Positions 25,266 through 39,275 are shown, counted from the first letter of the whole stretch. The stretch is 59,440 bases of DNA, filler included, from Basidiobolus ranarum (GCA_040143965.1; 4 parts of 4 records of this genome joined end to end with filler, not necessarily neighbours in it), one strand, 5' to 3'. The notes: generated from the letters alone by a model not told the origin. A program made the numbers and translations.

Positions 25266-28200
25266 TGTGATGTTGAAAATTGTAATAAAGTTAAAACTGA
25301 TATGATGTATAAGAAAGCTACTAGGTACAGTGGTTGTGAGTGAATAAGAATGGACCAACCTCGAGCTTTATATGATCCCAAAGCGGACATTAGCCAAGTA
25401 CAAGGAGAAATGGCGTGATTCCATGATGAGAAATACAGATACGATGACTAAATGAATGGAGTAGTCTTATTAGTATTAGATGCTATTAAAGCGGAGATTC
25501 ATTCACTAGTCGAGTCTGTATTTCGGAATAGATTGTGACGGATGTATCGTTTGAATGTGATGACACAGAATACCAGAGAGCTTATCTAACGATCAGAATA
25601 AGCCATTTCCCGAATATTCGAGTATACCTGGAGGGGATGACCAATTTGTGCTCTTAGAGTTTGAAGTATTGTTTGCCCACATACATAATCAAGTACATTT
25701 CAACAAGGATTGATGAAAGGCCAGGGTTGCAATGGTAAATCCGAGCGAAATATTACGCCATTCAGACCCAATCATGAAGGGGCCTCTTAACCAACGGTCC
25801 AAAAAACCTATCACTAATTTTAGGATGCGGCTTTCCAGACGGATTATTAGCCTACGTCAAACATTGCCAATTCAATATTCCCTTCAATAGTGAACGAATC
25901 TGGAATAAACAGCATAAGAACGGATTAGCAACGAATCTCCACCTATTTCCCGAACGTTCTTCATACAAATCTTGTCGAACAACTATTCTCGCTGTGACAG
26001 GTGATTCATAACGCAAGTTTTCGACATCGATAATGCATGTCAACGAGCCCTGGGAAGATAGCGAACAATTCATTCTGAAATACTTTCCGGGCACAGCAAT
26101 GGCTAGTATATTTTGCGTGATGATAGTATACGACGAAGTACGCTAATCAAAGCCCGAGCCCATCACAAGAGAAGAAAATGACTTCAGAATTGGATTCGAA
26201 CCACAGCTTATCGTAGTCGAAATTTCCAGTGATAATGGCATCATTTCGATTTCTCGTGTCAATTGATTCGTGATTTCCATTGCCACCAAATACCCCTCCA
26301 TATCTTAGATAATACAAGAATGAACCCTGTACGAATCGGATATTTGATGAAACGATCATAATCGAGATATCTCTAAACTTTGTTAGTTTGTGTAAAGTAT
26401 GCGGTATTTTAATGCGAGATAGGTTGCCTAATGCGACAGAATCTGAATTTTTAAGCTACATAACTTGCCATGTATGGACAACTTGAGTAAATTGGCATGT
26501 AGATGACAAGTATGGCAGTCCCTCATGCTATGCCTACACTGAAATCTATACACGAGCTCGGATGCTGTTGATAGCAAATATTATGCATAAGCCTTGTTGT
26601 TTATTCAACATATCTCTAACTGGCCACTGGAGGTTAGTCAACAGGCGATTACTTTCTTACTCAGAATACTTAGAATTTCGCATACAGAGCTCTGAATCTA
26701 TTTCACGAATGCATCCATAGTACACTCTTGACTCCTTTCTGATGTAATTCTCAGCCATTTGGTAGATTAGTCATATACCACACATTTGATCGATCTTCAC
26801 GAGATTCCGCAATCCGACAGGAGAGATCGACGTGGATTCAAATGTAACAGTAGCACTATAAACGTTATTATATTGAATCACATCAGTGTTTTCCACTGGC
26901 AATTCATAGTTGGCAAGATATCTCCATCATACTATTCTTTGGACGATCATATATATGAATGTTTCTAACTTTATCTACCGATTTCCATATATAAGGGTCA
27001 CTTTTTAGCATACGTTTACTAATTTTGGATGGGATACTTCGCTAATCGTCTTTACATGGAAGAAGAAACGCAATTGATTTCTCTATCGACAGGGGCACAA
27101 CGATGTAACATAGGGAACCACGTGTTGAGTGCTTCCCTATGAGCAGACTCTTTTTATCTACTTTTTATTCATATTCTAGTCACAATTAGGTACTGATTTG
27201 AACTCCATTTGAAAGTTGTGAAGGTTGTTAACTTGCTCTTTCACAGCCTCTGAAAGCCTGATTGTTACCTGAAAAGAAAGGAATTTCAAATTATAGGTGA
27301 TTGAGTGCTACTTGCATACCATAGCAATTCATCCTTTCTTCAGATGCTTGCACCTGGGGCCGAGTCCTCATCAGTTCGCACATGTGTATGCTTCCAAAAG
27401 AGCATTGTTAATGTTCCATCCCTATACAGTGATGCTTGCATTTTTACCTACACCATTCCTTGATATGTCCCTATCTTGCCGCTTAAATCAAGATCAATAT
27501 TTTTATGATATCAAATTATAAATATCTTCACTTCCTAACTTTGGGTCAGTTTTTTTAAAAACACCCAAGTAATCTATAAATATTACCAGAATAGCCATTT
27601 ACTCGCCTGGCCCAAAGGACCTCTTTTGGAGTTGAATGGAAAGTTTCTTTCATACAATCTAACCCATTTAATTGGACCACTATCTTTCATCTTTTGGCCC
27701 CCAATTTCCCATTTCAATGCATCTATATACGGTAGCAAACATAACTGATCCATGCCCATTCTTGGAAGGTGGATCGTCATCGTGATGCTCGATTCAATAC
27801 TAGATTGCTGGAGATGATACAAACATCGAAATTCCATTTCTTTTTTATTATCAATGAATCGGGTTGGGAAAGTTCCTTTCTACCGCTACTCCTCTCTCAT
27901 TCTCTACTCTTATATTTTGAATATTCTATGGTTTAAAATGGAGAATTTACAACCAACTGGTTATGATGAGTGCGCAGGTTGAATAAATCGGTAGATATTT
28001 TGTATTTCTAAGTAGTTTGTAATGGATTCTAAGTCGAATGGTTGAAAAGGATAATCAAGGGGATGAGGGGCAAGGGTTTACAGGTCCTGTTACTGTATAG
28101 AGGGAGGGGGGAAACTCAGTCAAAATCATGACAAACAGATAGGAGGGTCATGAAGTTGGTTGATTTTCAATTACATACATATATATACGGTCGATATTCA

Positions 28201-28449
28201 CGCGCAGGAAAATAAAGGGTTTGGTTGGAAGGAACAGTGCCTCAGTTCAGAAAATCAAAGAGTGTCTTAAGTTCGAGTAGTTCGGCTAGAGAGATCATAC
28301 TTGGAGTACTTGAAGATATAGATATCGTACAACGTGCAAAAGGCCATGTACCATGTCTGAAAGCAAGTGTGGTTAGTGAATAGGCTCGTAAATGTGAACC
28401 CTCCTGGGGTTTTCCTCATGAAAGAATCTCCTGTTCCTATCCATGTTTC

Positions 28450-29734
28450 TCAATTGTTGTGACCTTCTATTGGTACAGTGGTATCTACAAGCTGTTCAGT
28501 GCGAATTGGATAGTGGCCCATGTCTGTATAAGCAGGTGGCTCAGTTAGATTGATGACGGATGAGGATTCCGAGTGCTCATGAGGAATGTCTATAGAGACG
28601 TGACTCGAGTCGGGTTCGTGGTCATCATCCGACTCATATGTAATCAAGGATAAGAGATCTCTTTGTGAACCCAATGAACTTCCCTGGCCTATAAACACAT
28701 CACTTCCATTATGATGGTAATGTGTCTTACGAATCTCTGGATTGGAGAGTGACATTCGGAAAGAAATAAGTTGCTCTTCTGTTAGATTGCTACCAGATTG
28801 TAACAACACAGAGTCACGTTCTGCGCCATAAGCAGGTGGTGGTAAAAGGTTTCCAATCGTAGGTGCTAATCCCCACTTCTTCACATTCGCCTCAATAAAT
28901 ACAAACCCAAGCTGTCCAAAGTTCACTTGTAGATTACATGGTCCATTGGCAGCAACTGTTGGGAAAATATTGAAATGAACTCCAGTCACAGCATTTCCCA
29001 GCTTCACTCCATTTCGGGTGAAAAAGATAGTACCGGATTGAGTACGATAGCCGCATCCGATCACATCGCCCTCATGAAAAGGAATCCCATATGGTTTTCC
29101 ATCAAGTGGGTCATTACAGTATTTTCGTCCGTTCGAATGATACCCAACAGAATGTCTATTACGACCTAGAATTCCCATTTGATGATTAACATGGAAGAGA
29201 TAGAATGATTAAAGTCATGATGGAATCTTACCTGGAAAGCGCCAGAAAGGATAAGGCTTGGTTGCTACTCCAATACTAACTGAAGTAGTTTCGGGTTTTT
29301 CGAACATTTTAACTTCAAAGTAGTACACTGCCTCACGACGGGGTAGGGGAATATTGGTTTGAACGCAACATTCACCCTCGTAAAAAGCAACCTCTGTTCT
29401 GTCTTGAATGATGGCGCTAATATCCGAGCTGGCTTCAAATTCCCAAGCAGCTACTCCTTTCTCACGTATCAAAGCTCCTTGCTCAGAAGTTAATTCGTAG
29501 GATATACTCCCAGGTGGGTACGCTTCTTCAAAAGATCGAGATAACTCGAAGGCTTGGCGCTCTGAGTCTGTCCAGGATTCAGATCGTCTATTTACCAGGT
29601 TGTAATCGATATCTGGAAGGAGATCAGTATCGTCACTATCTAATTGAATGGCTCGATAAGCACCGATGGCCCATAACCTTCCACGACAAGCGATGAGAAG
29701 AATTAAGACTAGTAGAACAGCTCCTATGCCCGAG
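28450..29734 (-). CDS. SPRY-domain membrane protein, Ssh4/Ear1-like Rsp5 adaptor; 5' end in gap
   Basis: TM segment GIGAVLLVLILLIAC, IREKGVAAWEF, YYFEVKM, GVATKPYP, GDVIGCGY, NFGQLGFVFIEANVKKWG, two PPAY motifs; one intron at ~29168-29231. Confidence 0.9.
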
Positions 29735-29834
29735 NNNNNNNNNNNNNNNNNNNNNNNNNNNNNNNNNNNNNNNNNNNNTTAATTAATTAANNNNNNNNNN
29801 NNNNNNNNNNNNNNNNNNNNNNNNNNNNNNNNNN
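29735..29834. other. Assembly gap with TTAATTAATTAA linker
   Basis: N run with linker. Confidence 0.99.
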
Positions 29835-30142
29835 ACTTCATTGATTGCTGATCGCTGATCTTGATTGATAGGAATTCGTCGTCGTTAAGTGAATGTCATT
29901 GGCTTATATCATCAAACTGTTGTAAATAGATCGTGATTCATTCATGGAATGGATGGACACGTCTAGCCATACAATATGAATAATTTAATCCATCTATAAA
30001 CTTCAAACTAGCATATATTTAAACATGCACGCTCCATGAGATCACCGTTATCCTGAGAAAGTGAATTCCACAAAAAAAACCAAGGGAATAAAATTGAAGT
30101 AGAAGTGAAAGTGTAATAGGAACTTGTCGCGTCATATTTAAT

Positions 30143-30864
30143 ATGGGTAAGAAAGGTGGTTCTAGTGCTGGAAAAGCTAAAAGTAATAAAGGTATATTTC
30201 TTCAGTTCTTGTTCAGCCAGGGAACTATATCAATTTTACTGATATTTGTATTGTATAAAAAGGTGAAGCAAGTGAAGGTGGTGCTAAATCTGGAAAATTG
30301 AAAGCCGCTAATGCGATTAAAGTTCGTCACATTCTCTGCGAGAAGCACTCAAAGGTAAACAAACTTTAGAATATAGTTTATTTTCGGAATTCACTGTTGC
30401 TAATCCTTGTATACGTCTAGTGCATGGAAGCTTTGGCGAAACTGACCCAGGAGAACATGCGATTTGATAAAGTAAGTGAAATGGACTTTTATATTGATTC
30501 AAACCAAGTTTCTGATCTTGATTAATTGATATTCAGGTTGCCGAAGTGTATTCCGAAGGTATATCATAAATGCGCGTTTAGAGCTCAATTCTTGTTGCTA
30601 ACTTTTTTTTGTGATTAATTGATATATTAGATAAAGCCAAGGCTGGAGGTAAATATATCTCTTTCTCGTTTATTCAGGGTCTTTATTTACATTGATATTG
30701 GTATAGGTTCTCTTGGTTGGATGGTTCGTGGGTCTATGGTTGGTGCTTTCCAAGATGCCGCTTTTGCTTTACAACCCAGTTCTTGTGATAGTCCTATTAT
30801 CACTAATCCCCCTATCAAAACCCAACATGGTTATCATATCATTATGGTAGAAGATCGTAAGTAA
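30143..30864 (+). CDS. PIN4: Parvulin-type peptidyl-prolyl isomerase Par14 (6 exons, missed by the ORF track)
   Basis: Spliced MGKKGG...[18 protein letters not shown]...[35 protein letters not shown]...[15 protein letters not shown]. Confidence 0.95.
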
Positions 30865-31043
30865 CGCATTAGTATGAGCTGAAAGGACAACTCATCATAA
30901 ATCATATATAATGTATCGAAAATTGATTTAATTAAAATGACAAATAGGGATAGATTATACAATGTGTCATACAGTTAGTGTCATAGTCATATAGTGTACA
31001 GAGAGTAGTGTAGAGTATAAACGGGAAATGGGTCCTTCAAGAT

Positions 31044-31448
31044 TTAGCATTTTCCTTCTTTGTGTATTACTGGATAGCTTACACTTGATTCGTAAGAGGG
31101 TGGCAGCTCTTGTGCATCTCTAGCCTCTTCAGCAGTTACATTTACCCAAGATTGTTGTTTGAGTTGAGCAATAGGTTGTTCTTGTTTAGATTGAGCGCCA
31201 AGTTGTTGCTCATTTAATCCTAACTGAGGGTTAGGGGTTGGAACTCTCTCAACAGTAGTAGGGGAGTGGGAGCATTGTAAAAATCCGCCAAACTTACGGC
31301 TCAATTTCCGACCACATTTAGAGAGTTTTCGTTGAACTTTGGCTTTTTTGCTTTCAAGTTTACGTAATTTACGTTGAGACATTTTGTCCTTGCACAATTT
31401 TGCTGCCCCTAGGCTCACGGCGACCACTGCGATGGCTGCAAATAACAT
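31044..31448 (-). CDS. Small hypothetical protein with N-terminal hydrophobic anchor, basic region and PPSY motif
   Basis: 134-aa ATG ORF; LPPSYE near the C-terminus. Confidence 0.6.
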   Translation of the reverse strand: MLFAAIAVVAVSLGAAKLCKDKMSQRKLRKLESKKAKVQRKLSKCGRKLSRKFGGFLQCSHSPTTVERVPTPNPQLGLNEQQLGAQSKQEQPIAQLKQQSWVNVTAEEARDAQELPPSYESSVSYPVIHKEGKC

Positions 31449-31816
31449 ACTAAAGGATGGATAAGATCAGGTAAATAGTGTAACTGTAGAATGATAACTT
31501 GTTAGTAGAGTTCATTTCCTTTATGTACTTCTCATTCATGCAAGGTCTTGGCTGAAACGAATAGCCATCCAATCATCCATACTGTACCTTCTACGGATTG
31601 TTTCTCTTGGCAACTGGATACATGTGGCTCGATTTTTAGATAAGACCCGAAAAAGAATAACGAATTTCTTCCAAGTCATTTTCTGATCAGAAATTTGGAA
31701 AATAATTCCATGGGATTTTAATATCATTGGTTTGTTACTTTCACCATTTTTAGTTATTCATACATTTATCCCTATCTTTAAGTAAACCTTTCTTAAGAAT
31801 ACTAAAGTTGAACACA

Positions 31817-32350
31817 ATGCCACCTAAAAACCTTACCCCATATCAATTCAGTAAAAATCTTTCATATGTTCAAGATACACCGAAATTCCTCCAGATGTTA
31901 ACTGGAACTGACTCACTACATTCCAAAGAACCACATATTCGGGACAAATTACAACCAACCGAGTATGAAAACGATGAATATGAAGAAAACGACGAAGAAA
32001 AACCTCAGATTGTAGTTTTGAAGTCAGGTAAACATCTATCAGCTGAAGAAGTGGAGAAATTGAAACAGGAAGAAGGTAAATATATTCAACACTCTAAATA
32101 AGTGGGCAAATTTTGATGGAATTAACCTTTTGGTTAAACAAAAATAGATCTTACATCTGATACACCCGAGGACGGTAAAGTTGTATTTCGTAAACCAACT
32201 AAACAGAAGATAAGTGAGATCGGAGTTGGTTCTAAACGTAAAATACCCTCTAAAGTAGACCACCCCGTTGAAACGGTATCCGTGGCAAAAGAAAAAAAGA
32301 AGAAAAAGAAAACTAACAAAGTTTTATTATCTTTCACTGAAGAAGACTGA
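31817..32350 (+). CDS. DUF4604 / KIAA1143-like protein (1 intron)
   Basis: LSYVQDTPKFL, EEKPQIVVLKSGKHLSAEE, DGKVVFRKP, C-terminal LLSFTEED*. Confidence 0.85.
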
Positions 32351-32854
32351 ATTTTAGAAAGGCATATAGAATATATTGGATAACTTACACCGTAGTGGTG
32401 AGTAACATATAGAAGTAACTAAGATTGCTTTTACATACAATATAACACACGTGGACACGTTAAAAAGAGATATTATTCACTTAAAATGAACAATATATTT
32501 ATAATTTGATGATTACCCGAGAAACTTGGAAAGTGATTCACATGTTGAATGAAAACAGAACATCGTCAACTTCAAAAAACCTACAACTATTGATGTATAT
32601 TTATTACTTGATTTGTCCCTCTCTGTGACACAATGTTGAATTTTGAGTTTATTGGTCTAAAAAGATGGGTAAATAATCACAGAAAAAGGAACTGGATATA
32701 GAAAATGACTTGTGAATGTATATTCCAGTAGGGGAAAGTATGTATAAAGAATCGACGAAAGGGAGGAGGAATGGGAGATAGGAGGTTTTCAATTTCACTA
32801 TCAATAGAATGGCTTGAGTTTGCAATTAAAGAGGTTGGGAAGCGGGGGGGAAGA

Positions 32855-35726
32855 TTAGGAAGAAAGGCACTGAACTAATAAAGGTGGACTTCAGATAGTC
32901 AAAGAGGTAATTATCAAAAGAACTCAATTACTGAATCCACACACATTACAGAGTCTTTCCGAACCTTTCAAGCTTCTACGCCATTCTGGAGATCCCTTAC
33001 GGAGACACATGCTACAAACCTGCTCGTGTTTACTCTTTCGTTTTCGCTAAAATTGAGGAACGATTGAATTTCGATTTATAGTTGGAAATTTAGAGCAAAG
33101 TTGCCTACCCTTCTTCCATTCATCCCCTCCAAACTATGGAGCTCATCCCGTAACTTTCTGTTCGCTATTCTCAGCTGATGTAGCTCATATTGCCAATTAG
33201 TTTGATTCTCGATTGAAAGCATAGAAAATAAATTATCAGTCTCTGAAGCGATTTGATTCGTGAGCGGGGAGGGGGCTGAGGAGGATCCATCTGAGCTAGA
33301 GGAGGAATCATCGCTGATCGGTATGACTTTAGATTGGCACAAAACAAATGGAACACAATCATCAGACTCGTGAGAGCTCGGATAAAAGGTGCTGACCACA
33401 TCAATATATTGCCCTTTACTATTCCGTACATTGTGTTGCAGCTTAACTGTTATACCTTCTCTGGTTTGTTGCAGAGCTCTAGTTAGCGCTGTGGTTCTAT
33501 CCGATCGGACACATTGGTAAAGAGAAGTTCCCTCTAGGTCTTGTGGTACGATGCTGAAATTGGATTGACAAAAACTAGTGACATGAATAATCATCCCATC
33601 CAAAGATAACTTGGTCCAAAACTCATTTTCAGTCAGACCTCCACAAGCCTCTACTACCTCACGCGAAAGGCTGTACATCGGGCGCGGTCTACCAGACAAA
33701 ATGGCATACTTTCTGTTTTTACTTTTGTCATTGTAGATTCGTCCGCTAGCTTCGAACCACATATATCCTGACTTCTTTCTTTTAATTCGATACACTAAAC
33801 TGATCAAATCTGCATCGCTTGCTACCTCTTTGAGCTCACGAAGCACCGGGATTAAGTCATTAGGTTCGCAAATCGAAGAGAGACTGGTGCTAACTAACTC
33901 CTCCGGTTCATATTCCAACATTCGTTTACAACTGGTGGAGCAATAAAGGAAGACTCCTTTAAGGGATAACACGTGGATGAAATCATCGGACTCTTCTAAA
34001 AGCAACATGTTCCACATACGGGCTGCCGTATCTACGTCTACATTGGAAGATACCCCCATTATGTCAAAAATATCTCTCGATGCAGCAAAGTTCTCTGAGA
34101 TGATTGGTGCACTCGCAGGGCGATGCTCAATAGCATTGATGCCAAGCCCGCTACTTAATATCGAGGTGTTCGTTGGGAATGAATACCCAGGGTAGTAAGT
34201 CCCTTCTATTCGGAATGTGATTAGACATCGAGCAAGTAAAAGTGTGGGGTGGCATTAGCTTACCTCGCATTCTCTCCAGTATCGCATGTGGCTGCTCTAC
34301 CATATCCTATGCAACAGAGAACGTCAATAAAACGAATCAATTGCAAATGGGAATCAATGTTTGTCCATTTACCACTTGAAATCCTACAAAATGAGTGATT
34401 TCTTCACCATGCAATGAGATTGGGATGATTGTAACGAGATTAACAAATGGCTGGGCAAGAAAGTTAACTCTACATCTGAAGTAAATCATGGATTGTTCAT
34501 AACCCTAACCTGTCCTCCTTTCTTATAATTCACTATAGAGATTTGAATTTCTTTGCTTTGCAAAATGTGATTCTTAATATCCCAGATTGCATTGTTATCT
34601 GTAAACCGTCTACGAGACCCAAGGGTCACTTGTCCGTCAGGTGCTTGAAGAAATCGACAGTTTCTACCAATCACCTCGGCTGAACTATACCCAGTCAACT
34701 TTTCAAAAGAGTGACTGGCATAGACAATTGGGAAATCAAATTGACGCGCATCGACTACAGTAACGCTCACTATTTAGCATGTTTTCTAACTAGAGTGGAG
34801 AGTCATGAACCTACCCGCAATAAAGGCACAGCACATATCAATGGGTCCTACGTGAATTTGAGGGTTGGGCCTCAAAGCGCAATAAAACGTTAGCTACATT
34901 GATGGCCAGCACAGGGTCGAATAATGGCAATATATAGTGATTTACCGTGTAACTACTTTAGACTAACATTGAAATAAAACGTTAAATCAAATATTCATCC
35001 AAATGGGAATTATCCATCAACATTTACCAATACTGTAATCATATCAAATCCGGAACTAGAGTAGAGCCCTGGGAAATTGTCTAGCGACTTTGAAGCCAAA
35101 TCTAAGCGCATATTGATGGATTAGAATTAAACTTTCGAACAAAGTGTTGATAAATCTTCAACGCCTACCAATATCCTCCGAATCTCCATCGTATTTAGAA
35201 CGATCTTTCTGGGCTGGTCCACTTTCTGGAGAAGCTCTGCTATCTTTGAAAGCTGCTGCTGCTGCTAAAGCATCGAGACAATTATCTGGTAAATTCTGCT
35301 GGTCACTTTCCCCGCTTGAAGTAGAATTCTTGTGCGAGGGTGATCTTACTGAAGAGGAAGACCCGGTGTCCCTATCAAAAGTATGCAGTTATTAGCTTGT
35401 TATATTTTACAAATACTACTAAACAACAAATGGGCCCAATTAAGCTATCTTATGCACAACTCAACAAACTTTTCACAATAATGAAACTTCTTTACGGCTT
35501 GTAAGTACTGATGTTACATAATCTCAACAAATAAAAACGATACAAAAGAAATGAGGTTAGAAAGCGACACTTACGGATCAGAACCAGTCTTTTGGTTTGA
35601 CAAGTAGGAGATATTGTTGGAGTTGGTGAGCTCTGTGCTTCCATTTAATATAGGGCTTGGGTCGTATTGTGAAGCAGAGTCGGAGGGGAATAATAAGTTA
35701 TCGAGATCGGAATCTTCTTTAGACAT
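32855..35726 (-). CDS. White collar-1-like blue-light photoreceptor (LOV-PAS-PAS-GATA finger)
   Basis: LOV GRNCRFLQ, YSSSGFDM, VGPIDMC, DFIHVLSLKGVFLYCS, WQYELHQLRIANRKL, finger CSMC-x18-CNVC; 3' end is 32855 if spliced or 32924 if unspliced. Confidence 0.92.
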
Positions 35727-37078
35727 GTGAAGTAAAATAATCAAAGTAGGATTTATCGTCTAATGAATGTCTGAGGTATTTGAAAATACCATGAATACGG
35801 AAAATTAGAGATATACTAAAAGAATAAAGAGAATAGCACTACGAAGTGGTTGCAAAATACAACTAAAAGGGAGAGTTGGGTACGAGAGAATAGTTATATT
35901 TGTATGGGTGTAAAGGATAGCTGGTGTTGAAACACAAAGAACAGGTGCTAGATAACTAAAGTTCGCAAGCAGTTGCCCAGACAATGTCTATATAAATAGG
36001 GCCCAACGATATATGGAATTTTTTAAGTGAAACGACGATGGTACTTAAAAGCTATATAAACGTAGGTAAATATCTTCGCGATGCTAGGCTTTAGAGATAT
36101 TCATCAGAAATAATTACATTGTCCTGTACGATATAAATATACATAGAAACATAACTCAACTGAATGGAAAGTTCAAGAAAAAAGAGAATATTGATCGATG
36201 ATCTAATTTTGAAAAACGCTAAGTTACATCGATCGTAGATTCCACTACGAGTTACGATGAAAGTAGAACTATGAGATACCATGTATCCAAAGTTGTCATA
36301 TGATGCGACAAAAGATAATCATTGAAAAGTTCTTCAAAAATACTGAATTTGAATCCCTCTTTTCCGCTCATTTCCGTGAATATTTGATCGGAAAATTCGA
36401 AATTGGAATACAACTTGATTCAGCGAGAAATGGTCTCTAGATCGTAGAATGTCGTAGAAATGTGCGATACCATGCCAAAAGGAATTAATCCGCATCCTCA
36501 ACTATGACGATCACGAGTTATATTACTAGCTATATAATTTGAACTCGGAGAATGGTTAGAATAGGCCAAGGAGCTAAAAGTGTTAATATGATGAGTGTGC
36601 GGGTAGTGAGTGGTTTTTTTCGATATACTACTTCAACCACACCTTCAACGAACCCATCGATCATCTAATTCTGAGGAATTTAGCCATGCAAATACCACTT
36701 ACATCGGGGCCAGAAAGCCCGTGCACAGTAAAACACCGTTTGAGATCAAAAGAGTCCCCGATGTAGGTTGTCGACCATCTCAGCAATTGTGACAGTAGTA
36801 CCTTAATGGTGATCGAATCGATCGACACTTACTACATTGGATATGTGGTGGTGCCCAAATTGGAGACGACTTCAGTTAGAATTTCAATGTAATAACTATT
36901 TTGGGGTTAGGGTTTCCTTAATTCAATTATGATTGGTAAGAATATATTATTGGTGTTATGTATTCAATGTTATGAACTAAGTACTTGGATAAAATACATT
37001 AGAAATTGATGCTTTGGCATTCATTTAGCCGATAGTCAACTCAGATATACTTTCCTTAAGGATGCGAGTAGGTCCATG

Positions 37079-37151
37079 TACTTATTTCGTCATCGTCTAC
37101 TTGTTTAATTTAGGGGTTACTTATTTCGTCATCGTCTACTTGTTTAATTTA
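37079..37151. repeat. Perfect 34-bp duplication with TTAGGGGTTA junction
   Basis: 37079-37112 and 37118-37151, spacer ggggt. Confidence 0.9.
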
Positions 37152-37719
37152 TGTCTATTCATCTAAACAAGGTTTAAAGATCCATGATTAGAGTTGGATT
37201 ATTTATGACATTTACCTATCATTATCACGTGATATTGCTTTCAAATGTAGTTTAGGGTTAGGTTATTGAATGATGAAGCATATAAAACCATAATTTTGGA
37301 GGTGTAAAACGTCATGACCTAAAGGTGAGAAAACCGCTGTTAATTGGCTCCACTGTGATTGAGTAAAAGCTCACTTTCTTAATTAGTATATAGGTGAATA
37401 CAAATGAATCCCATTATTGTTGCGAAAATGCTAATGAATACAAGTTAAGAGTAGTTCCATTATTATTGGTAAAAATGCTTATGTTGTAAGCTACACTGGC
37501 ACTGGCTCTGGCTCTGGCTCTTATATCACAATTTCTATGTTTACGGATCATGTCATACTGTAAATCGTAGAATTTCTGCTATAAAAAGTAACTCAGAATT
37601 GAAGTACAGTTTCAGTGGACACTTAGAATTCCCATAGTATTCCAGAAAATATGAAAAATTGTTCATATATAAGTCTCTGACGTAGGTCACATAATACTTC
37701 ACTACAATCAACTTTTACC

Positions 37720-39275
37720 ATGTCTCTAGAAAGTCTTTTTAAATATATTGACCAACACAAGAAAGACTACATTGAGCGTCTAGCTGAAATTGTGGCCATC
37801 CCAAGGTACTCTCCGTCTTTTGTTTTTTATATTGAACTATAGGTATTAATACTTTGCTTATGTAGTGTTTCTGCTGAAATAACTAAGAGACAAGATGTTG
37901 TACGTATGGGTGAATGGTTGAAGGACGAATTGGAAAGACTTGGTGCCAAGTATGTTGAAAATATAAGATAGTGCCCTTCTAGTTTGAATGTGTATAGACT
38001 GACTTATTGTTAAATAGAACCAAGCGCGTTGACCCAGGTATGCAATCTATTGAAGGTCAAGAAATTCCATATCCTCCTGTAATTCTTGGTTCCCTTGGTG
38101 AAGACCCCAACAAAAAAACTGTACTTGTCTATGGTCACTATGACGTTCAACCTGCTTTGAAAGAGGATGGCTGGAATACTGATCCTTTCACTTTGACTGA
38201 AAGCAATGGTCGCTTATATGGTCGTGGGTCAACCGATGATAAAGGTCCAGTTCTTGGCTGGTTTTTGATGATTGAAGCCCACCAAAAACTCGGCATTGAA
38301 CTACCAGTGAACATTAAAATGTGCTTTGAGGGAATGGAAGAGAGTGGATCTGAGGGATTAGACGAGGTGATTGAGCAAGAAGCCAATGGATGGTTCAAAG
38401 GGGTTGACTGTGTCTGTATCAGTGACAACTACTGGTTAGGTCGTAATAAGCCCTGCCTCACTTACGGTCTTCGTGGAGTATCATATTTCCGAATTGTAGT
38501 CACTGGACCTGGAGCAGATCTTCACTCAGGCGTCTTTGGTGGAGCAGTACATGAACCTATGACTGACTTGATTCATTTGATGAGCAAACTTGTTACACCT
38601 CAGGGCAAGATTCTTATTCCTGGCATCATGGACGAAGTCGCTCCATTGACAGATGAGGAGAAGGCCACTTACAGCACATTGGATTTTAGTATTGACGACT
38701 TGCAATCCTCCATCGGAGCTCAGAATAATATTTATGATGATGTTCCCAATACCCTGATGGCACGTTGGAGATACCCATCTCTCTCCCTTCATGGAATCGA
38801 AGGAGCCTTCTACAATCCAGGTCAGAAGACAGTGATTCCAGCCAAGGTTTCTGGAAAATTCTCGATCCGTACTGTCCCAGATATGACTGTAGAGAAGGTG
38901 ACAGAGATTGTAAGCGATTATATCAAGGCTGAATTCGGCAAACTTGACTCCAAGAATCAGCTCTTTGTTGAATGTATGCATGCTGGACGTCCTTGGATGA
39001 GCTCACCTAACCACTGGAATTATGTAGCCGGAGCACAAGCCGTTAAGAAGGTCTTTGGACTTGAACCAGACCTCACTCGCGAAGGATGTTCAATTCCAGT
39101 TACATTAACTTTCCAGGAAGTTCTCCAAAAGAACGTCCTTCTCTTACCAGTTGGAGCCTGTGATGATGGTGCCCACTCAATCAATGAGAAGTTAAACGTA
39201 AGTAACTATATTGAAGGCATTAAACTTCTTGGGGCTTATTGTCATGAATTGGCTACAGTAAAAAAGACTGATTAA
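37720..39275 (+). CDS. DUG1: Cys-Gly metallodipeptidase (M20A; Dug1/CNDP2), 2 introns
   Basis: [42 protein letters not shown]; 5' exons [11 protein letters not shown]...AIPSVS. Confidence 0.95.

Noticed and set aside
25400-28400. Long gene-free stretch with short ORFs
   Set aside because: No coding signal; probably the MET16 promoter plus the 3' UTR of the SPRY gene
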